A DNA stretch of 64,000 bases. Origin: Micrococcus sp. (GTDB taxonomy: Bacteria; Actinomycetota; Actinomycetes; Actinomycetales; Micrococcaceae). Shown here piece after piece: positions 58,102-64,000 of this stretch. The translations under genes were made by a program, and so were the position numbers. Location: NCBI RefSeq assembly GCF_030523875.1, contig NZ_JAUNHR010000001.1, positions 360-64,359 on the forward strand, given 5' to 3'. Each line of letters opens with the position of its first letter. The first letter of the stretch is position 1. The notes under the pieces are model-generated. The model saw only the letters and a program-made list of their open reading frames with translations. It did no database searches and was not told where the DNA came from.

Positions 58102-59160
58102 TCAGCTGCGGCTGAAGCGGACCCAGCGGTCCAGGACGTCCGCGGCCGCGCCGGAGTCGATCGACTCGGCGGCGCGGTCCATGTTGCGGGCGAGGCGGTC
58201 CATCAGCGGCCCCTCGGCCTCGGTGTCCCACGCGGTCAGCCCCGCGGCCGCGTTGAGCAGCACGGCATCCCGCACCGGCCCCTTCTCCCCCGCCAGGAGC
58301 GCCCGGACGATCGTGGCGTTGTGCGCGCCGTCCCGGCCCGCGAGGGCCTCGACCGAGGCCAGCTCCACGCCGAGGTCGCGGGGGTCCAGCTCGTGGGCCG
58401 TGACCCCGCCGCGCACCTCCATGACGGTGGAGGGCCCGGACGTGGTGATCTTGTCCCGCCCGTCCGAGCCGCGGAACACGAACCCGCGGACGCCGCGGTC
58501 CGCCAGGACCTGGGCCAGGAGCGGCACCATCGCCGCACTCGAACAGCCCAGTGCCTGCGCGGAGGCCTGGGCCGGATTGCTCAGCGGACCCAGGAAGTTG
58601 AACACGGTGGGCACGCCCAGCTGCTTGCGCGCCGGTGCCACGTACTTCATGGACGGGTGGTAGTTCTGGGCGAACAGGAACGTGATGCCCACGGCCTCCG
58701 CGCACTCCTCCGCCTTGGCGGTGGGCATCGACAGGTCCACGCCGAGCGCCTCGATCACATCTGCGGCGCCCGCGGTCGAGGACGCTCCGCGGTTGCCGTG
58801 CTTGACCACGCGGGCGCCGGCGCCGGCGGCCACAAGCGAGGACATGGTGGACAGGTTCACGGTGCCCAACCGGTCGCCGCCGGTGCCCACGATGTCCAGC
58901 GTCTCCCCCTGCACATGCACGGGCCGGGCCTTGGCCACCATGGCGTCGGTGAGTCCGCGCAGCTCGGCGACGGTCTCGCCCTTCGCGGCCAGGGCCAGCA
59001 GGAACGCCCCCACCTGGGCCTCGGTGGCGTCCCCCGACATCATCTCCCCCATGGCCCAGGCGGCCGTGCGGTCGTCGAGATCCTCCCCCAGCGTCAGCCG
59101 GCGGAACACCTCGGGCCATGTGGCGTCAGGGATCTCTCGGTTCTCGTCTGCAGTGCTCAC
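58102..59160 (-). CDS. trpD: anthranilate phosphoribosyltransferase
   Basis: [26 protein letters not shown] and HPSMKYV are TrpD motifs. Precedes ctaE as Rv2192c does. Confidence 0.9.
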   Translation of the reverse strand: MSTADENREIPDATWPEVFRRLTLGEDLDDRTAAWAMGEMMSGDATEAQVGAFLLALAAKGETVAELRGLTDAMVAKARPVHVQGETLDIVGTGGDRLGTVNLSTMSSLVAAGAGARVVKHGNRGASSTAGAADVIEALGVDLSMPTAKAEECAEAVGITFLFAQNYHPSMKYVAPARKQLGVPTVFNFLGPLSNPAQASAQALGCSSAAMVPLLAQVLADRGVRGFVFRGSDGRDKITTSGPSTVMEVRGGVTAHELDPRDLGVELASVEALAGRDGAHNATIVRALLAGEKGPVRDAVLLNAAAGLTAWDTEAEGPLMDRLARNMDRAAESIDSGAAADVLDRWVRFSRS

Positions 59161-59343
59161 CCTTGGACCCTATCCCCGAGGAGCGGGACCGCAGGGCGTA
59201 CGACGGGTGGGAGGCGAAGCTGGACGTGCGCTGGACATCCGCCCCGGGTTCTCCCCGAGATGGTCCGTCGGGGGCCTCGGACGTGGCGCGACACGATACG
59301 TTCTGGTTACCCCCTGGAACGTGTTTGTGGCCATAATGGCCGG

Positions 59344-59982
59344 GTGACCACTGCAACCTCCACTCTCCACACGCCCACCACGGGGCTCCCGAGCCGGCCG
59401 AACATGGTCCAGGTCGGGACCATGGTGTGGCTTGCCAGCGAGCTCATGTTCTTCGGTGGGCTCTTCGCCATGTACTTCACGCTGCGCTCCACCTCTCCGG
59501 AGCTGTGGGCGGAGAACACCGCGATCCTCAACGTGCCCCTCGCGGCCGTCAACACCGTGATCCTGGTCCTCTCCTCCTTCACCGCCCAGTTCGGCGTCCT
59601 CGCCGCCGAGCGCCTCCAGCCCCGCCGCACCGGCGGCCTCTTCTCGTTCAAGAGCTGGGGCATGGTGGAGTGGTTCATCCTCACCTTCATCATGGGATCC
59701 GTGTTCGTGGCCGTGCAGGCCTTCGAGTACGCCACCCTGGTGACCGAGGGCGTGACCATCGCCGCCAACGCCTACGGCTCGGCGTTCTACATCACCACCG
59801 GCTTCCACGCGATCCACGTGACGGGCGGTCTCATCGCGTTCCTCTTCATCATCGGACGCGCCTTCCTGGCCCGCCGCTTCGGCCATCACGAGGCCACGTC
59901 CGCGATCGTCGTGTCCTACTACTGGCACTTCGTGGACGTCGTCTGGATCGCCCTGTTCTTCATCGTCTACTTCCTCAAGTAA
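59344..59982 (+). CDS. ctaE: cytochrome c oxidase subunit III
   Basis: GTG start. ...[28 protein letters not shown]...[18 protein letters not shown]. Confidence 0.85.
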   Translation: MTTATSTLHTPTTGLPSRPNMVQVGTMVWLASELMFFGGLFAMYFTLRSTSPELWAENTAILNVPLAAVNTVILVLSSFTAQFGVLAAERLQPRRTGGLFSFKSWGMVEWFILTFIMGSVFVAVQAFEYATLVTEGVTIAANAYGSAFYITTGFHAIHVTGGLIAFLFIIGRAFLARRFGHHEATSAIVVSYYWHFVDVVWIALFFIVYFLK

Positions 59983-60069
59983 GACGCCCCCCCCACCGCA
60001 CCGACCAGAGGTACGGGCACTGACGGGGCGCCATCGCCCCCGCCCGGAAGACACACGATAGGAAACCCC

Positions 60070-60876
60070 GTGAAGGCACTTTCGCAGAACCGACGCCATC
60101 CCCTGATGGGGCTGGCGCTCCTCCTGCTGGGACTCCTGGTGACCGGCGGACTGTACTCCGTCGCGAGCACTGTGAACCAGGCGCAGGCGGCCACGCAGGT
60201 CACCGCGGCCGCCTCGGCTGATGACATCTCCGAGGGCGAGAAGCTGTTCAACGCGAACTGTGCGTCCTGCCACGGGACGGGTGCCGCCGGCGGCCCGGCG
60301 GGCCCCTCCCTCGTGGGCGTGGGCGCCGCCTCCGTCGACTTCCAGGTGGGCACCGGCCGCATGCCGATGCAGATGAACGGCCCCCAGGCCCAGCGCAAGC
60401 CCAACCAGTTCTCCGAGGAGCAGACCGCGCAGCTCGCCGCCTACGTCGCCTCGCTCGGCGCCGGCCCCGGCGTGCCGGAGGACCAGTACCTGGACGTGCA
60501 GGCCGAGGGTGTGGACATCGCCAAGGGCGGCGACCTGTTCCGCATCAACTGCGCCATGTGCCACAACGCCGCCGCCGCCGGCGGTGCCCTGACCCGCGGC
60601 AAGTACGCCCCGAGCCTCCAGGACGTCTCCGAGAAGCACATCTACGAGGCCATGGAGACCGGCCCGCAGAACATGCCCGTCTTCTCGGACTCCAACCTCA
60701 AGCCGGAGGACAAGCGCGACATCATCGCCTACCTCAAGACCATCGAGAACAACGGCTCCCCCGGCGGCCTCGCGCTGGGCTCGCTCGGCCCCGTGGCCGA
60801 GGGCCTGTTCATCTGGACGGCCGGCCTCGCGCTGATCGTCGGGTTCATGGTCTGGCTCACCAGCCGCTCCTCCTGA
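60070..60876 (+). CDS. qcrC: cytochrome bc1 complex di-heme cytochrome c subunit
   Basis: Two CxxCH motifs (CASCHG, CAMCHN). N-terminal signal/TM and a C-terminal TM anchor. Confidence 0.85.
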   Translation: MKALSQNRRHPLMGLALLLLGLLVTGGLYSVASTVNQAQAATQVTAAASADDISEGEKLFNANCASCHGTGAAGGPAGPSLVGVGAASVDFQVGTGRMPMQMNGPQAQRKPNQFSEEQTAQLAAYVASLGAGPGVPEDQYLDVQAEGVDIAKGGDLFRINCAMCHNAAAAGGALTRGKYAPSLQDVSEKHIYEAMETGPQNMPVFSDSNLKPEDKRDIIAYLKTIENNGSPGGLALGSLGPVAEGLFIWTAGLALIVGFMVWLTSRSS

Positions 60877-60945
60877 TCCCGCCGGCGCCCCGGGCGCCCC
60901 GCACACGTCACGACATTCATCACTCAAGCAAAGGAAACTGGTCAT

Positions 60946-62022
60946 ATGGGCGAGAAAGGCTACGAAGGGACCGAGGGACACTCGGGCGCCCTCGAGCACG
61001 CCGGGGGGGACACGCCTCGGTACGCCATCGAGAACCCGGGCCTTCCCCCGCACCGTCCGCGTCTCGCCGACGAGGACCCGCGGGCTGCCAAGCGCGCTGA
61101 ACGCCAGGTCTCCGTCTTCTTCCTGATCTCCGTGATCGGCACGGTGCTGTTCTTCATCGGCTACTTCGGTGTCGGTCAGATCGGCAACGACGAGGACTTC
61201 GGCCTCCTGTTCCTGCAGAACCTGCTCCTGGGCCTCGGCGTCGCGCTGGCGATGCTCGGCATCGGCATCGGCGTGGTCCACTGGGCCAAGACGCTCATGC
61301 CCGACCACGAGACCATCGAGGAGCGCCACGAGATCCGCACGGAGGCTGACCGGGCCGCCGCGCAGGGCATGATCGCGGACATCCTCGACGAGTCGCAGAT
61401 CAAGCGTCGGCCGCTTCTGCGCAACACCCTGATCGGTGCGGCCGTCCTGGCCCCGCTGCCGTTCATCTTCGCCTTCCGCGACCTGGACAACACGGACAAC
61501 TTCTCCGACCAGGCTGCGCAGAACTTCGGCCCGGAGCGTCTCCGCCACACCATGTGGGACCAGGGCGTCCGCCTCGTGCGCGACCCCACCGGCTCCCCCA
61601 TCAAGGCGTCCGACGTGACCCTGGGCTCCGCCATGCACGTGATCCCCGAGGGCCTCAACGACGTGGAGCATGGCAAGCTCAACGAGAAGGCCAAGGCCGT
61701 GGTCCTCGTCATGCGCCTCGACCCGGCCAAGGTGGACATCACCCCGGGCCGCGAGGACTGGAACGTGGACGGCATCTTCGCCTACTCCAAGGTGTGCACG
61801 CACGTGGGCTGCCCCATCGCGCTGTACGAGCAGCACACCCATCACCTGCTCTGCCCCTGCCACCAGTCGACCTTCGACCTGACGCAGGAGTGCAAGGTGA
61901 TCTTCGGCCCGGCCAGCCACGCGCTGCCCCAGCTGCCGATCACCGTCGACGACGAGGGGTTCCTCGTCGCCCAGAGCGATTTCCATGAGCCCGTCGGGCC
62001 TGTCTACTGGGAGCGTGGCTGA
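60946..62022 (+). CDS. qcrA: cytochrome bc1 complex Rieske iron-sulfur subunit
   Basis: CTHVGCP ... CPCHQS Rieske 2Fe-2S boxes. Three N-terminal TM segments. Confidence 0.85.
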   Translation: MGEKGYEGTEGHSGALEHAGGDTPRYAIENPGLPPHRPRLADEDPRAAKRAERQVSVFFLISVIGTVLFFIGYFGVGQIGNDEDFGLLFLQNLLLGLGVALAMLGIGIGVVHWAKTLMPDHETIEERHEIRTEADRAAAQGMIADILDESQIKRRPLLRNTLIGAAVLAPLPFIFAFRDLDNTDNFSDQAAQNFGPERLRHTMWDQGVRLVRDPTGSPIKASDVTLGSAMHVIPEGLNDVEHGKLNEKAKAVVLVMRLDPAKVDITPGREDWNVDGIFAYSKVCTHVGCPIALYEQHTHHLLCPCHQSTFDLTQECKVIFGPASHALPQLPITVDDEGFLVAQSDFHEPVGPVYWERG

Positions 62023-62026
62023 CCCC

Positions 62027-63727
62027 ATGAGCACTGCAGCGAATCAGTTCCAGCCGGCCACCACGACAGGCCGTCTCGCGAACTTCATCGACACCCGCAC
62101 CGGCGCCTCGCCGATCGTCAAGTTCTTCGCGCGGAAGATCTTCCCCGACCACTGGACGTTCATGTTCGGCGAGGTCGCCCTGTACAGCTTCATCATCCTG
62201 CTGCTGTCCGGTGCCTTCCTCACCTTCTTCTTCGATCCGTCGATGTCCCATGTCACGTACAACGGTGCCTACGCGCCGCTGCGCGGCATCGAGATGTCCG
62301 CGGCCTACGCCTCGTCGCTCGACATCTCGTTCGACATCCGCGGCGGTCTCTTCATGCGCCAGCTGCACCACTGGGCGGCGCTGATGTTCGTGATGGCGAT
62401 GTCGGTGCACATGCTCCGCGTCTTCTTCACCGGTGCGTTCCGTCGCCCGCGTGAGCTCAACTGGGTCGTCGGCTGCTTCCTGCTGATGGCGGGCTGGGCG
62501 GCCGGCTTCACCGGCTACTCCCTCCCGGACGACGTGCTCTCCGGCAACGGCCTCCGCATCATCGACGGCATCCTCAAGGCCCTCCCCCTCGTGGGCTCCT
62601 ACCTCTCCGCCTTCCTGTTCGGCGGTGAGTTCCCGGGCTACGCCGTGATCGGTCGTCTGTACGCCCTCCACATCATGATCGTGCCCGCCGCGATCCTGCT
62701 GCTGATCGGCATCCACCTGTTCATGGTGGTCGTGCACAAGCACACCCAGTACCCCGGCCCCGGTCGCACCGAGAACAACGTGGTCGGCTACCCGGTCGGT
62801 CCGGTGTACGCGGCCAAGGCCGGCGGCTTCTTCTTCATCGTGTTCGGCATCCTGGCCCTCATCGCCTCGACCGTGACCATCAACGCGATCTGGAACTACG
62901 GGCCGTACGATCCCTCTCCGGTCCAGGCCGGCACCCAGCCCGACTGGTACATCGGTGTGTTCGACGGCGCCCTGCGTCTCATGCCGGGCATGATCGGCGA
63001 CTTCTCGTTCCTGTGGAACATCCCGATGCCGTGGGGCGCGAGCGTTTCGCTCCCCATGGGCGTGCTCATCCCGCTGATCCCGGTGGGCATCCTGATCATC
63101 AGCATGCTGGCCTGGCCCTGGATCGAGCGCTGGATCACCAAGGACGACCGCGAGCACCACATCCTGGACCGCCCGCGCAACGCCCCGACCCGCACCGGCA
63201 TCGGTGTGGCCGCGGTGGTCTGGTACTCCGTCATGATGATGGCGGCGTCCTCCGACCTGATCGCCACGCACTTCCACGTGGCCTTCAACGACGTGCTGTA
63301 CACGCTGCGGGCGCTGTTCTTCCTCGGCCCGGTGCTGGCGTTCATCATCACCCGGCGCATCTGCCTGTCCCTGCAGCGCCGCGACCGTGAGCTCGTCCTC
63401 CACGGCCACGAGGCGGGTGTCATCGAGATGTCCCCGGAGGGCGGCTTCCACGAGCGTCACCGTCAGCTCGACGACTTCGAGCTCTACCGCCTGGTGTCCT
63501 TCGACGACAACCGCCCGACCCCGGCGACCCCGGGTCGCAACGGCAAGGTGTCCGGTCTCGAAAAGGCCCGTGCGGGCCTGAACCGGATGTTCTTCGAGGA
63601 GCGGGTCTCCCCCGTCACCCGCGAGGAGCTCGTCGAGTCCCGCCTGCACGGCGGACACGGCGACCACCATGAGCCCGTCGGGGTCGGCCACCGCGACGGC
63701 GGCTCCAACCCGGAGATCGCCCGCTGA
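62027..63727 (+). CDS. qcrB: cytochrome bc1 complex cytochrome b subunit
   Basis: Heme-ligating His in TM helices (RQLHHWAALMFVMAMSVHMLR, LYALHIMIVPAAILLLIGIHLFMVVVHKH). Start at the ATG just after the qcrA stop. Confidence 0.85.
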   Translation: MSTAANQFQPATTTGRLANFIDTRTGASPIVKFFARKIFPDHWTFMFGEVALYSFIILLLSGAFLTFFFDPSMSHVTYNGAYAPLRGIEMSAAYASSLDISFDIRGGLFMRQLHHWAALMFVMAMSVHMLRVFFTGAFRRPRELNWVVGCFLLMAGWAAGFTGYSLPDDVLSGNGLRIIDGILKALPLVGSYLSAFLFGGEFPGYAVIGRLYALHIMIVPAAILLLIGIHLFMVVVHKHTQYPGPGRTENNVVGYPVGPVYAAKAGGFFFIVFGILALIASTVTINAIWNYGPYDPSPVQAGTQPDWYIGVFDGALRLMPGMIGDFSFLWNIPMPWGASVSLPMGVLIPLIPVGILIISMLAWPWIERWITKDDREHHILDRPRNAPTRTGIGVAAVVWYSVMMMAASSDLIATHFHVAFNDVLYTLRALFFLGPVLAFIITRRICLSLQRRDRELVLHGHEAGVIEMSPEGGFHERHRQLDDFELYRLVSFDDNRPTPATPGRNGKVSGLEKARAGLNRMFFEERVSPVTREELVESRLHGGHGDHHEPVGVGHRDGGSNPEIAR

Positions 63728-63752
63728 TCTGAAGAGCGACTCCCCCACGAGG

Positions 63753-63785
63753 GCCCCCGGCATCCACGGATGCCGGGGGCCCTTC
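63753..63785 (+). terminator. intrinsic-terminator-like hairpin after qcrB
   Basis: GGGCCCCCGGCATCC-acg-GATGCCGGGGGCCC, a perfect 15-bp stem, followed by cTTCGG. Confidence 0.55.
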
Positions 63786-64000
63786 GGCATACGGCGGGCA
63801 CGTCAACCACCTCCAGGCGCCGGCGCCCCGTCAACGGGCGCATTCGGGCGATCGTGAGCTGCCAGCGGTCAGCATCCTCTGGTCTACGAACCCGGTCCTG
63901 ACGCCGGCCCGGGGCGGTACGAGGCTATCGGCGGGTGCACAGCCGCCGGTTCCCACGCGCTCGGACCTCCCCCGCCGTCTGGGGCCGTTCTGAGGTGACC

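Overview
This 64 kb window is a high-GC (about 72%) actinobacterial chromosome segment with dense, mostly core-genome coding and high-GC3 codon usage. Gene content and order resemble the Micrococcaceae (Micrococcus/Kocuria-like): pup-arc-dop-pafA without 20S proteasome genes, a naturally fused pafBC, and a pdg-type UV endonuclease. From 5' to 3': SURF1 (partial), DUF3499, DUF3099; fabG and an SDR; serB; ABC ATPase, TauE and TrmH, translationally coupled; rpmE2 (L31 type B); an LplA-like ligase; pepN; divergent glgC and glgA; a TetR-controlled beta-oxidation cluster (acyl-CoA oxidase, thiolase, fabG4, htdX); a MalQ fused in-frame to an MshA-like GT4; tRNA-Leu(GAG); M20 peptidase; uppP; mshC; PAC2; HAD, site-2 protease, trmI, arc and dop in an overlapping-stop/start chain; an MBL pseudogene, an FTCD-like gene and pdg inserted before pup; pup-pafA; two FKBP PPIases; pafBC; tatA-tatC; helY; ppm1; rbpA; SPFH-NfeD; fadH; an FMN glutamate-synthase-family gene; an HTH regulator; DUF3054; an Lrp/AsnC RAM-only protein; trpD; ctaE-qcrC-qcrA-qcrB. 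Synteny with mycobacterial loci is extensive. I found no mobile elements, CRISPR arrays, integrases or recognisable defence or toxin systems. Many long ORFs in the track are antisense or off-frame artefacts of the GC bias. The observations most worth a second look are the malQ-mshA-like fusion (possibly a lost stop codon), the proteasome-less pupylation locus with inserted repair genes, a TetR operator overlapping a promoter, a poly-G tract, and an atypical low-GC intergenic region.
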